NCBI GenBank assembly: GCA_013265495.1
Contig: MU057560.1
Location: forward strand, 1,190,753-1,254,752
Length of the DNA: 64,000 bases
Direction of reading: 5' to 3'
DNA from: Vicugna vicugna
Lineage: Eukaryota
Position numbers and translations under genes: made by a program
Shown: positions 50,406 to 63,860 of the stretch, piece by piece
Layout: every line of letters begins with the position of its first letter
How positions within the stretch are numbered: the stretch's first letter is position 1
The notes under the pieces: generated by a model
What the model was told of the DNA's origin: nothing
The model's database searches: none
The model's input: the letters and a program-made list of their open reading frames with translations, nothing else

Positions 50406-50778
50406 TGCTGTTACGAACTGAGTGTTTGTGTCCCACCCCCAAAGTCATACGTCTAAATCCTACCCATCAGAGTGCCCTGGGAGGTGGGGCCTCTGGGAGG
50501 AGACTAGGCCATGAGGGTGGAGCCCACGTGAACAGGATCAGGGCCCTTGTAAGAAGAGCCACCAGGAGAGAGCTTGCTTTCTCTCCCTCCCTGTTCTCCG
50601 CCACGTGAGGCTACACCCAGATGACAGCTTTCCGCAGGCCAGCAAGAGCTCTGACCAACCCTGGGTCTGCTGACACCTTGACCTTGGACTTCCCAGCCTC
50701 CAGAACTGTGAGAAAGAAGTGTCCGCTGTTTAAGCCCCCAGGCTCTGACGTGTGAGTCACAGCAGCCGAGCTGACAAC
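50406..50778 (+). mobile_element. MaLR solo LTR (MLT1A0-like)
   Basis: 'gaactgagtgtttgtgtccc...ggaggtggggcctctgggagg...catgagggtggagccc...ctgctgacaccttgaccttggacttcccagcctccagaactgtgaga...tgtttaagcc'. Confidence 0.9.
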
Positions 50779-52199
50779 TGTTCTCAGAAGGAAGTCACTC
50801 CCCGTGGATTTGCACTCCTAATGGGCAGGGGACCTGTGACAGCCCCGGGTTGACAAGGCCGCTCTGACCTGCTGCCACCGCTTACTGTTTAATTAGAATC
50901 ACTACATTCGAAAACTTGGAGTGTTTCTACACATTGGTGGGGTTAGAACCCATCTGTCTGTCTGGGATCTCAAAGAAGCACCCCCCACTGTGAGCCCAGC
51001 CCCCTCCACGTCTGAAACTGCTGCTCTAGGAGGTGCCGGAGGTGAGGAAGGGGAGGGCCTGGCGCTCGGTGACAGGGCCCCGTACGCCTCCTGCCAGGCG
51101 GCAGACCCTCTGAAATATCCCTTGAATTGTCAGGGCTGAGGCCTCCAGGAGCACTGATTCTTCGGGAAAGGCCCATTGTCACGATGTGCTGAACGCCTCG
51201 TGTCGTCACTCTGCTTCATTCTCTGCTGCGGTGCACGCACCTTCATAGCGTCACAGAAACTGCTTTCCTGTGGTCCCGGTGGAATGACAGCTCTTGTGTA
51301 ATTTTTGTATTACAAAAAGGTACTTTCATATCTAGTAAGTCATAAGCCACAAACGTTATACAATGCACCCCAAGCTGACAGGTGGGATGGTATTTTACAG
51401 GTCTTCCTCAGAGAATCGTTCCTCACCATGACGTCATAGTTACGAAATTGCTTTTCCAAACATTTAAACGCAGACGCATTTTGCTTACCATGGTTGGAAA
51501 GCCGTTGCTCCCTTCCTGGGTCCGCTTAATCCCCGGGCGGGTCTCTGGGCTCCTTTTCCGGCTCCCAGGCACCCGTCCCCACGTGGGAGCAGCGGGAGCT
51601 GCTGTCGCAGACGAGGGAAGGGAGGGGCTCAGAGCCACGGGCAGCAGCTCCGGCCCTGAGGCAGAGTGGACTGTCAGCCCCAGTGGGCCAGGACCCTGTG
51701 CTTGCTCCTTGTCGCCTGATTTACACAGTCCCACAGTGGGCGGTAGAATGTCATCGTCTTATTTTTATTTATTTTTTTAACAGAAGAGGGAGCTGAGTGC
51801 CCTACAGCTGAGGGGACTCACACAGTTCACAGGCTCCCGGGACGCGGGCCAGGCAGACGGGACCTAGCGCAGGTGTCTCCCCACCGCTTTTTTCCTCTTC
51901 CGAAACTAGGATGAAAGGATGCTTTCTGTGTGTTAGTTTCCAGCCGGAACACACAAAGTGTACTCGTTTTCTTGTTTGGTTTCATTTCGCGTCAGGAATT
52001 TAAGGTAAACTAGAGGTGACCAGGCCTTAGAGGAGAGCTTTGTGAGCCACGGGAAAGAGTCACCGTCCTCCCGCCCCCTCCCCCGGGGAAGGGGCTGCGT
52101 TGCTCCAAGTTGAGAGCTGAGAGGGTGGACGCTGCAGCTGTAGGAGGCCAGTGGGGAGGGTCAGGGCACGAGCCCTTGAGAGCTAACAAGCTAGCGCAG

Positions 52200-52676
52200 A
52201 ATGTGCATGTGTGTGTGTTCGTATGTGTGCATGTGTGCATGCGTGTATGTGTGTGCACCTGTGCGCATGCATGTGGGTGTGTGTGCATGCATGTGCATGT
52301 GCACACGTGTGTGTTGCATATGCACGTGTGGCTGCACGTGTAACACAGTGCAAGAGGGATCCACATGCGTTCCACCTGTCGGGTTTTAACTTCTTGAAAC
52401 GTAGGTTTCCTCTGCTGACAAGTCAGGCAGAGTGAGAACATGTGGAAACAAGTGCGTGTATGTGTGTGCACCTGTGCATGCACCTGTGTGCATGCATGTG
52501 GGTGTGTGTGCATGCATGTGCATGTGCACACGTGTGTGTTGCATATGCACGTGTGGCTGCATGTGTAACACAGTGCAAGAGGGATCCGCATGTGTTCCAC
52601 CTGTCGGGTTTTAACTTCTTGAAACGTAAGTTTCCTCTGCTGACAAGTCAGGCAGAGTGAGAACATGTGGAAACAA
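52200..52676 (+). repeat. (TG/TGCA) low-complexity tract plus a tandem duplication with period about 225 bp (52240-52451 and 52453-52676)
   Basis: 'gtaacacagtgcaagagggatcc...gaacatgtggaaacaa' occurs twice with a few substitutions. Confidence 0.95.
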
Positions 52677-53094
52677 ATGGTGTTTGGTTTATGATTCACC
52701 TTAATGATGTGTTTACATTTCTTATCTTCATCATAGGATGAAAAGTGCAGATTCTTATGTACTTTCTCATTTCTGAGAGCTCTGACCATTTCATATTCTA
52801 TCCTCATGATATTTAAAAGCACCTGAAACCCATTGATGTGGTCTGTTTATATATCCAAAGTTAGGGAGAAAAAATTATAGATCAATTACTTTCAAATCTT
52901 TGAAAATGTATGAGAAAATAGAGTATGTTATCAAGACAACATTAGTATTTCTAATGTCAGATGTTTCCAACCTGAGGTTCTACCTATTTTACTGTAGTGA
53001 TGACACTAATTTCAAATGCAACGTACAGTTGCAAACCATAAATATATTACAGGGTTTGATGCTCTAACAACAAATGCATGGTCTACTTGATAAA

Positions 53095-54585
53095 ATCCAT
53101 TCATCCCAAGGTAGCAGGATATAAGTTTAACACACAGAAGTCTGTTGCATTTATTTATACAAACAATGAAACATCAGAAAGAGAAAGTAAAAAAAAAATC
53201 CCTTTTAAAATTGGGTCAAAAAATAAAATACCTAGGAATAAACCTGACCGAAGAGGTGAAAGAATTCTACATGGAGAACTCAAAACATTGATTAAGGAAA
53301 TTAACGATGACAAAGAAATGGAGCACTCCATGCTCTTGGGTGGGAAGAATTAATATTGTTAATATAGCTGTACCACCCAAAGCAACCTACAGATTTAGCA
53401 CACTCCCTGTCAAATTACACAAGGCGTTTTCCACAGAACTAGAGCAAATAATTCTAACATTTATATGGAATCACCAAAGACCCAGAATTGCCAAAGCAAT
53501 ACTGAAGAAAAAGAACGAAGCTGGAGGAATAACTCTCCCAGCCTTCAGACAACACTACAATAATCAAAACAGCACGGTGTTGGCACAAAAAGAGACACAT
53601 GGATCAACGGAACAGAATAGAGAGCCCAGAAATAAATTCACAAACTTATGGCCAATTAATCTGTGACAAAGGAGGCAAAATATACAACGGAGAAAAGACA
53701 GTCTCTTCAACAACTGGTATTGGGAAAGCTGGGCAGCGGCATGTAAATCAGTGAAGTTAGAACACACACTCACACCATACACAAAAATAAACTCAATGAT
53801 TTAAAGACTTAAATATAAAACACGATGTTATAAACCTCTTAGAAGAAAACACAGGCAAAACATTCTCCGACCTAAATCTTAGCAGTGTTCTCCTAGGGCA
53901 GTCTACCACGGTTAAAGGAACAAAAGCAAAAACAAACAAATGGTACCTAATCAAACTTACAAGCTTTTACACAGCAAAGAAAACCATAAGCAAAATGAAA
54001 AGACAACCTATGAAATGGCAGAAAATATTTGCAAACAATGAGACTGACAAGGGCTTAATTTCCAAAATACACAAACAGCTCCTCCAACTCAATATCAAGA
54101 CAACACCAACAACCCAATCAAAAAACGGGCAGAAGACTCAAATAGACATTTCTCCAAAGAAGATATACAGTTGGCCAGCAGGCGCATGAAAAGATTTTCA
54201 ACACTGTCAACTATTAGAGAAATGCAAATAAAAACTACAATGAGGTCTCACCTTACACTAGTCAAAATGGCCATCATTCAAATGTCTACAAATAATAATT
54301 GCTGGAGAAGGTATGGAAGAGAAGAAACCTTTCACACTGTTGGTGGGAATACAAATTAGTGTAGCCACTGTGGATAATAGTACGGAAGTGACTTAAAAAA
54401 TAAAAAATAGAGTTACCACGTGATTCAGCTGCCCACTCCTAGGCATACACTCAGAAAAGACAAAAACTCTAGTTTGAAGAGATACACGCACCCCAGTGTT
54501 CATAGCAGCACTGTTTACAGTAGCCAAGACATGGAAGCCACCCAAATGTCTATTGACAGATCACTGTATAAAGAAGATGTGGTGA
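53095..54585 (+). mobile_element. LINE-1 ORF2 fragment, truncated at both ends
   Basis: ORFs 53078..53353 (KVAGYKFNTQKSVAFIYTNN) and 53307..53666 ([23 protein letters not shown]...GGITLP) are L1 ORF2. The match stops at a (CA)n. Confidence 0.95.
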
Positions 54586-54591
54586 GTGTAT

Positions 54592-54710
54592 ACACACACA
54601 CACACACACACACACACGAGTAAGATAAATGTATTACCTATCCCAGGACAAAGGTGTTCAGTTCTGTTCACACACACACACACACACACAGACACACACA
54701 TATATATATT
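54592..54710 (+). repeat. Two (CA)n microsatellites (54592-54617 and about 54668-54710 with a TA tail)
   Basis: Directly visible. Confidence 0.9.
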
Positions 54711-54779
54711 TTATTACACATCTCCTTTATTATATATACGTATACATGTATCCATATAGAATATAGAATATGTATCCCA

Positions 54780-55230
54780 TTTCAGAAGAGGAAGTCATTC
54801 TAATTCGTTAAGATAAAAATTCACAGAGTTTTTGAGATAGACATTGAAATAAATCTTAAAGGGTAAATAGCAACTTGAGAGACAATGATGAGGAAGAAGG
54901 AGAAACATCTCAAATAGAGGAAATATTTTGACGCTTGCTTCATTTGAGTCATGGTACAGTTTTTTTTAAATACTGATCTACCTGGTGCTAATGGGAAATG
55001 GGACCAGCGTAAACGGAGGTTATGTTATGGAGGGAGCTGAACAGCGACTAAGGCATTTGGACTTTATTTGCTGGAAAACATGTAATTATTATAAAATTTT
55101 GAGTGGAGGTAGAAGGCACCATGACTAGAACAAGACTTTAGAAGGAATAATGAAGGAGGCTCACAAGGAAGGATCAATGGAGAGAGGAGATGGAGGTGAA
55201 GAAGGGCAGTAGAATTTTTATGACACTGAG
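54780..55230 (-). mobile_element. L2 remnant
   Basis: 'gacattgaaataaatcttaaaggg...ggcatttggactttattt...aattttgagtggagg' resembles antisense L2. Confidence 0.5.
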
Positions 55231-56559
55231 CACTTCCTAGGGTTTCCTGGGAACCTCAGTTCCTTCCCCTAAGAACAAAGGGTAAGTAATTTTTTTTTTT
55301 CCAAATCAACAGACGCATGATCGTTTGCTCTCAAAGTTAGCGCAGATCTCTAAAAAAGAAAAAATTGTTGAGTGCATTTTGAATCTAAAGAGGAAATGAG
55401 AGCTGAGGAAGAGGCACGTAGCAATCATCAAACACACTCGTGATCTGAAGGAAAATCAAAGCACATGGAGGCAGGTGAGAAGTTCCTGTGCGGCACAGCC
55501 TTTGAATGCAAAGTTGGGTCGAGCACTCCAGGAGTCTGTCTCACGGCTGCTCTTTCTCATCACTTGGGATTTCTGCATACCTTTGCTCTTTTCTCGAGTC
55601 TCGATTCCTTTAAGAGATGGTACTAACACAGAGGGTGTCACTGAGGAATTGTCCACTTGCATTTTCAGAGCCTCACCCATATTTCTCTTGGTTGACATGC
55701 AGAATAAAGGGCGACGGGAGTGTCCACTGAACATTCACGGGGCCAGGTGGAGCCCAGCAAGGGAACACGACGGTCGCCCATCCTCTTCCAGGGGAACTCA
55801 CTTCCCGAACCATTCTCAGGCTGAACCCATTAAGAGCCGTTCACTGGAATCCAGGATATCAGAGTCAGAGTTCTTGCTCTGTGACAGTACTTAGCTGAAC
55901 ATTTGTTAAGTTGATGCCAGTTGGCCAGTTTTTTTAATATCTGTAACAGGAGGATTTGGGTGACCAGAAAATCAGAGAGATTCCCGCCAGCCTGGACTCC
56001 CACCCAGAATGCATGCGTGTTCAGTGAACATTTTCCAGGGAGAAGGCTCTGAGTTTTCAGGGTTCATCACTTTATTTGGGATTTAGAACAAAAATCTGAC
56101 AATTTCCATCACTAGAATGTAATGTTTACCTGGGAGAATGTGACGTCAACAACTAAGTCACCGTCCTTGGATGCCTTAAAAAATGTCAGCTGGGTGTTCA
56201 GATGTGTTTTTCTTGTTTCCGCTAAGATCTGAATGTTCTCCCGATGCAAGTCTTCAGACACAGGATGTGATTCCTGTTCACACTACACTCCAACTTCAGG
56301 GGAAGCACTCACTCAGGATGTGCTTCTCCAGACGTTAATTAGCAAGTGAAGCGAGCTGACGTGCGCACACCTGCAACCCAGATGTCGCCGCGCTGACAGC
56401 TGCCTGCACAGTAGCTCACACGTTGCCACCACGCTGCACGTTACCGATTCACGATGCTGTGATTTTTTTTTTTTAAGTAAGATAGTAATAGAAAGTCTTT
56501 CAGCAGCTGTCAAGGCGGCAGGAACAACATGGCATTGCTAGACGGCACCGTCTCTGCTC

Positions 56560-57150
56560 AGTCTTAACGTTCTGGGGGGCTGCCAGCTGGCGGTGTCCCC
56601 GCCGTGGCGGGGCGCGCCTCTCAGCCTCAGCCCCAGCACGACATGGTGGGAGCTCTCTGGGCAACAGGGAGGAGGGGGCGAGGGGGCCTGGCCGCCGTGA
56701 TCTGCCCGGAAGGACCTTCTGTAAACCTGCGAAAGGTTTGTCCTGGAGACAGAAGGTCGGGACAAGCACAGCCGTGTGGAGCGCGCGAGGGTGAGCGCCC
56801 CACGGTGCGTCCCCGTGAAGAGGAGCAAGAATGTATGTGGGCATCACGGCCACGCTCTGCGCAGCGCGGGGATGCAGGCGTCCATCGGCCAGCTGGACTC
56901 CAGAGCTTGACTCCCCGGTAATTCTGGTTTCCGTATTTTTTTCTGCCCTGCAGTTTGCTGTTGTTTTCCTGACGGATAATTGGCCTGTTTTTGGCGTAAT
57001 GAGAGGAATGATTAATTGTGACGTGGAGTATCAACTATCCACGCGGAGTAGAAAAAGCGTGGACGTCAAGAGAAGGAGAGAGCTTAAGGCAGCAGGTAAA
57101 GCGCCGTCAGGCGAAACGGGAAGAAAGGACATTCGGTGTACTGGCTGACA
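56560..57150. other. CpG/GC-rich patch
   Basis: Locally dense CpG (gccgtggcggggcgcgcc, gcgcgcgagg, gcgcagcgcggg). Confidence 0.5.
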
Positions 57151-60100
57151 TCCGGTAAAACTGTAGTTTAATTTTCTGATATAATTGCACACTTTCAACT
57201 TGATCAAGCCAGAAGTTTAACAGGTAATATTGCAAAGCCAATATGGAGTATTATGGAGATCTATGCCACGTCTTGCTAGAAGATTTGAATTTAAGAAAAA
57301 AAAAAAAGAAGCAAAGTCCAGTATGAACACCCAAGCCAGGAGCACATCTAAGGAGACACTGACAGAGTATGTGATTTGTGTGTGTTATTCAGACTTGTTT
57401 GAACGTGATAACAATTTCTTTTAGCAAGTGTGTGAGACTGTGGGATGCAAGCCTTCATGTTGAATATTGAAACAAAGTCTTTGGAAGGGAACTTGGCCAG
57501 AGGCTTGGGGGAGCCCCCCAGCTGGAGCCAAGACCGGGGACAGCTTGGTTCGCAGGCTTCAGTCGTGGGCCCGGCAGCGCGTCAGTAACTCCCTGCCGGG
57601 CCCTCTGGCTGCCCCAGGGAGAGGCCGGCAGTGCCCGAGCACAGACGGGGTGTCTGCAGGGGAGAAGCGGTCGTCCGCCCGGCTCCTTCACCCCCCGCCC
57701 CGTGACCGGCACACGGCAGCAGTGTCCTTCAACTTTTCTTCCGTGAAAACCTCACTTGGTGTGCGGGCTCCCAGCCCTGAGGGTGGGAATCAGGCCTGAG
57801 GGTTTCAGAAGGTCCCTCGTGTTAAACGCAGTGCTAAGCGTGAGACAGCAAACAGCTATAGGGCAGCCTGCCGTAAGGCCGTCTCGGCACCGGAGGGCTG
57901 TCGCCCAAGCACACGGCGGGTGCGTGCTGAGCACCTGCCCTCAGAATCACGGATGCCATTTTTGTGTTATCACAGGAGAGATCACTTCCCTAATTAAGAA
58001 AATTTAAATGTCAAATCTGCACCTCGTTTCTCATCCTTCTCTTTATTGTAAACATGTAATATCCATGTACGTCTCTTACGCCTCCTTCTCACCTGCCCCC
58101 AGTAGCACGTGGCAGGGAGGGGAATATTCTCTCAGTATAGGGCATCCTAAGCAAAGACAGGGCTTTGAGAAACATGGAAACCCCCTTGTTTAGTATCAGA
58201 TCTTTGATTCTTTCAGACAGCCCGCTGGTCACAAGAGAGGCTGTGTGAGTCTAAACAGCAACTGTCATGATTGGGGCGGGGGGCTGTGCTGGGAACCCCA
58301 AATCACTGAGATGAAACAAAAAAGGCAGACGTTCCCCTGTTCCCATCTCAGCCACAGCCCGACTCCCTTCCTGTGCCGGAGAACACTGCACTTAAGACCG
58401 CCCGGGTTTAGGAACTGCCCCCCTTCCCCACCTCCACCCCACGCCCCAGCCGTGTGACGGGCTTGCTAGGGTTCCCTGGCCCTGTTTAGACAAATACGCA
58501 GAGGTGGGCTGGCAGGAGGGGCAGAAGGCCCCGCTGGCTGTGCCGGCGCCCGCCACGCGGGACGGGGCTGATGAAGGCGCTTAACCACACGCCTTCCGCG
58601 GGCCTTCGCCCGCCGCCACTTGGTATTTGGATCACGTGCCCGGTTCCTAGCACCAATTTGAAAATGATAACACTCACAGCTATTTTTATTTCTCTCCAGC
58701 AGAACAGCGAGACTTCGTCTCCCCTGCTCCTCTCTCTCCCTCACATATATTCCAGGGTTGGCCTCTGGTTGAACTCCTTTGCTCCGAAAGAAGTGCTTTC
58801 CTCTGTGGATTAGCGCAGCCACGGAGATGCTCCCCGTTTATGAATACTGAATTCACAGGCAGATAGAGGTGTCGTCGCGTGAAGCTGAATATTCAAACAA
58901 AATGCTGAATTGCCAGTTAATGAAGAGAGAAACGTTCGTCTTCCAGTTATCCACCTTGGAGCCTCTGAAAGCTCTGAGTCAGGTCATATAAGACAAAAGG
59001 AGGAAGACAACTGCCTATTGGAGGCAAGACAGTGTGACTGTGAAAGCGGGTTGCGCGTCTGCAGGAGCTCACCGCGGGCAGACTGGGACGGGCTCCTTCA
59101 AGCCACGTTTCTAACAGCGTGTGCACTTGCACAATTCCTCCCCAGTTAGCTAATGCCATTTCCATGGATTTCATTAGATTATGGTCTCCCCCAAGGCAGA
59201 AGCCAGGAGAGGCTGGCTGGCTAGCCACTCCCAGTTACTCTGTAAATCACAGCCAGGGCCGGCTTGTCATAAGCAAAGTACGAAATAAGTCATGCATTTT
59301 CAAAACTGATCCATTTCCAAAGCCAGTTTGACAACGATGATGTCATTTGCTGGGATTCAGGAGCAAAGCTTTTTCTCTTGAGAGGAGAGGGAGAGGGCAG
59401 CGAAAGGGTGGGTTCGCTCGCCCTCTTGGAGGACTGGGAGGAAGACCCCTAGCCTGGAGGAGACGGGGAGAAAGCATAATTACACTGGAGAGCGGGGAAG
59501 CTAACGTGCTGCCCGGGAAGCTGAGTTTAAGGAGGAAGTAGAGATGCTTTTTCCTTGAAACATTGGTTCTGCACCTGATGGCGGTTCCCGTCCCCTGAAG
59601 ATGCAGGAGGTGAGAGTCTTAACCAAGGGAGGGGGGAGCCCACAGGTTTCCTAAGGGCCCTCCAGGAGAGAGAGCCAAGCGGAGCAGCTCATGGGGCCAG
59701 GAGGTGGGTGAGCCTCTAGATAACGCTTTCCCCTTGTGTGTGTTATTCACGCAATGACATTTAGATGTTTGAACAAGTCATCAACACAAAACATACGGTA
59801 TAGGAATAATCATCAGATTTTAGGTTAATTATGGAGTGTTGTCAGCAAGTGGTGCAAAAACTTTTTCTAAACATTTCACAAAACTGAAGTCAGCAGACTA
59901 ACTCTTATTTCTGCCCATCCTAAGTGGATATTCACATGCTTTCAAACCGCAACGGATTTCCTCAGGTGCGTGCCTCACATACCTCTTTTATTTTGAAAAT
60001 TAGGTATTTTTTAATGCATTTTGAAAAATGATGCCTCTATTAAAACTGTCTTCACAGATGGTTTCGCTGAGATTGAGGTTACAGGTAGAAATGCGGTGCC

Positions 60101-60919
60101 TGAAAACTAAGTATGAAATGAGTGACCCCTCGGTGGGTACAAAGAAGGCAAACCAAGGGGATGGTCTGTGGACGCCCAGAAGCCCATACACAGTGGGGTG
60201 GTTTCACAGTCCCTGGAGGAGCCCCGGGGCTGTGAAGGGTCCTGCGCTGGGACACGGGAGGGCTGGCTTGTCACTAAATGGGTCATATTTACGTCATAAA
60301 ATATCTGTATTTACGCAGTAGGGAGATTGATGAACTTAGGTATTTGGGGAGAAACGATAAACATGACAGAAGCTTCAGATTATATTCATTACAGCAAACA
60401 CAGACTTAGAGCAGTACTTTGCCTGTCCTTGTTAATGATCGGTGTGCTCAAGGTGAAGTTAATTCGTGTCTGTCTGTTGTTTGTTTGTTTATTTGCACTG
60501 AAACACTAAAACATGCAGGAAGACTTTTGAATCTCGTACATTTGTGCCTTTTACTCAGAATTAAAACCTCTATGTCGCCACGTTTAACATTTAACAAATT
60601 CAGAACTGACGTCGCTTGAGCAGAATTAGCTACATACCCTGCAAAGTTCAGTGCAAAATGCGGAGGGAAAATGCGGAGCCGCACGTTCAAAAAGCAGGAA
60701 AAAAAGAAAAAACGTTGCCACTAAAGGCACTAAAACGCAGCTTCTCCTTTCTCCTGCGGTCTCTTTTACAGCTTACAGTACTTTTATTTGCTACGTTAAT
60801 GTTCTCAGTAAGGACTTTTTTAAATCTAATCATCCGCATGTACTTCACCATGCACCTTTGTATCACTCCATGCAAATACCAGAGCATTTAACCTGTGTGC
60901 AAAATCACCCAAAGTGCGT

Positions 60920-61630
60920 GGCTTCCGTCCCGCGGCTCAGACGTGCGTGTGTGTTCTGTTCGTAGCGAGTCAGTGGAAACGCAGCGCAGGAGCAGCTCGG
61001 CTGTCGTTCTCTCTCCTCTTGGGACGCGCACACCCGCCAGCAAGCACGCTCCGTCTCAGGCTCACGAAGAGAAAGGCGGGCCGAGGGGAGAAGCCATCGC
61101 TTCCGTCCTTCTGCCGTCTTCAGCGGTCAGCAGCTGGCAAAGGCCGAGCGGCGAAACGTGGGAGAAAGAGCGGGCGAGCCTCCGCGCTCCTCGAGGCGCC
61201 GCTTCCCTCCTTCCGCGCCGAGCGCGCCCGGGGCCGCGGGCCGCCAGCCGCCCCGCTCACTCGGTCGCCGCCCCGGCAGGCGCGCCCGGCCTGCGCTGCT
61301 CGAGACTCACTCCCTCGCCTCACGCCCGGGTCCCTCAGAAGCCTGCGCCCACCGTGGCGTCGTGACCGTCCCTGGCGAACAGGGAGACCAGGCAGACGTG
61401 AGGTGGGCCCAGCTTGCCCGCCTCGCCCCTGCTCCCCTGCCGCAGGGCTTCAGTGACAAAACCCGGGCTCGAAGATGAGACAGCGAAGAATCCGGGGACA
61501 GCGCAGCACGCGGCCGCCCAGCCGGGGTCCCCTGAGTGCGGGGCCGTGCACCTCCACGGCCGCGCCCCTCGGAGCTGGCGCTGCAGTGAGACCCCGTGCA
61601 GTCAGAACGCTGAAACAGTCGCGCTGCTTC
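60920..61630. promoter_or_regulatory. CpG-island-like GC peak (no associated gene identified)
   Basis: About 700 bp of very high GC and CpG, e.g. 'ccgcgccgagcgcgcccggggccgcgggccgccagccgccccg'. Confidence 0.75.
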
Positions 61631-63469
61631 GACTGTTGAAAAGCCAGAGCTATGTACTTTTTTTGGAAGCTCAACTAGTGATAAACGGTCATTGTACATT
61701 TCACTACTACAGACACTTTTCTTTCCAAAAAAAGGTTTGTATTTGTCTGAGTAACTGTGGATCTATAATTCCACGTCTGGAACTTGATTTAAGGTCCTTG
61801 TCCAGGATAAGCCGGGCCTGGCGTTACCAAACACCGGCATGAAGTCCACTCATTACCACTAGGTTAGAGACAGCTCTCGCCCTTCCCTGAAGTGTGTAAG
61901 TTACGGGTCTTGCTAAAATTTTAGCTCATCTTATCTGATTGCAACTTTTGCCCCATCTAAGCATGTGGCTTTGGTAAGACATTTATTCTGTTTATACCTT
62001 AGTTGAACTGTGTGACTCTGGAAGACCCCTGTGCAACTAATTTTGGGAAAAAAGCATTCTACCATCTTTCCTGGGAAGGACCCTTTTCAATAATGGACAA
62101 TTTGCTGCTCTGAGCCAGAGGAAGATCACCACGATGCTTCGGTTCCCTAGGTACTCCATGCCTCAAACACTAATCTTATCAGCTATAAAAGCAGGCTGAC
62201 AAAGTGAATGTAAACAATGTCACCGAACTGTGTGCTTAAGGAAAAGGTAAAATGGCAACTTTCTGTTCTATGTATTTTACTCAACAAGAAAGTTTAAAGA
62301 AGGCATGTCTATCCTGGTGGTTTCTGTTTTCTTAAACAGCTATGTATGCATTATACCTAATACATGGTTCTGAACAAATATTTCAAATAAGAAAAACAAG
62401 AAGTTTATCCTCGTTTCTTAGACAAGGCGAAGCAGGCAGAGGCAGCAAGCTGCTGGCAGAACGGCACGGGGGGCTCTGAGCTCCGGTCCCGGGTCTTGCT
62501 GGTGCTCTGTTCGGTTCTTTGACGAGAACTCTATTTGTGGTTGAGTCCGCGTCTGTTTCTTCACAGTTAAAACGGGCAGAACTATTTCACCGAAGTTGTT
62601 ATAAATGAGCCATGTTCACGCGTAGCTCCTGGCTGAGCACCTCACCCACGTAAAGAGCAAACACACGTTCTTTCTCCTGTTGCATCCTTCCCTGCGTCCA
62701 GAGGACCCTTTCCATGACGGTTTCCATTTTGGTTGGCATTGGCTTTTGAGGTGACTTTTGTTTGCTGAACTGGTAGACGCTGCCTGGAAAAACTCAACGT
62801 ATTTTTCTCCACTATTCAGACTCCCTGAGATTCATTTTTTCTTAATCACCTGCAATAGCATTTTTTTTTCTGTTTGTTGTTTATTTTCACTTTCTAGGAG
62901 GGCTAGCAAAACTCATAGCACACTTTTTCTGTACTAGGAAAACCTTTGTGAAACTAAGGCTGATCAGGTAGACACCTTCTGATGCTCTTCCTTGAATAAA
63001 CCGAGTTCTTCAGTCATTCCCACGAGCGACTAAGGGAGGCAAATTTTAATGTCTCCAAATTGCTGATTAAAGACACAGTAGGTTCAAATGGTGTGGACTG
63101 CCTGAATGGACAGTAGCCAGCAGGGTCTCTGGGTTTGTTTGTTTACTTGTTTGTTTAGCGCGATGACTCATTTGGATTTTTAAAGAGTCTAGAAAAGCCT
63201 AATTTAAAATCTCTTGTGTCCTGGCAGAGACTTAACCCTCAGCCCCACGACTACAGTGAGAACCACAGATGCTCTGGCCACGGTGCCGAGGGCACCGGGG
63301 AGCACTGGACGGTGCTCCACCGTGAAGAGAGTCCCACCAGGTATGGACCCCACGCCAGGAGCCGCTCTTGTGCAGAGCTCAACGTGAGCACATAATCACG
63401 GAGAGAACATCACGGGCTATGAGAGACCAAGTTATCAAACACACGACTGTGAATGTGAAGACTTATTTC

Positions 63470-63860
63470 ACAGCAAACTTTTACAATGAGAACATTAATA
63501 TTCTAAAGACCACAGAAGAGAGAGAAAAATAAGGTAGTTACTGTGAACTATATTGAGAAGAAAGCCAAAAGCGTAACCATTCTCCACAGTCCCAGACTGT
63601 GAGTTGTACAGAGGAATTTGCCAAACATTCAGAAATAGTTAATGCCAATAACGCCAAGTCATTCAAGGCCCTTGATGAAAAGAAAAAACACTGTTAATAC
63701 ACGCACATATACATATGGATGATACAAAAATAGCATTTTGAAATTTTTTAAACTGACATTGAAGTCACAAAAAAGAAAACAAAATATTGGCGTGATGTTT
63801 TCAACAGCATGTTAAAAAGGATAACATACAACAAAGTGCAGTGCAATCTTATTAATGAAA
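63470..63860 (+). mobile_element. Ancient L1 ORF2 remnant
   Basis: 'ccacagtcccagac...gaggaatttgccaaacattcagaaatagttaatgccaat' resembles L1 'ccaggcccagatggtttcactggtgaattctaccaaacatttaaggaagaaataatgccaat' (PGPDGF...EFYQTFKEE). Confidence 0.55.

Noticed and set aside
52010..52822. Longest ORF (270 aa, minus strand), rich in His/Thr/Cys with an internal repeat
   Set aside because: It is the translation of the (CA/TGCA) tract and the 225-bp duplication, with no domain-like sequence.
60895..61842. Several 100-180 aa ORFs over the CpG island
   Set aside because: Same GC artefact: open in multiple frames on both strands.
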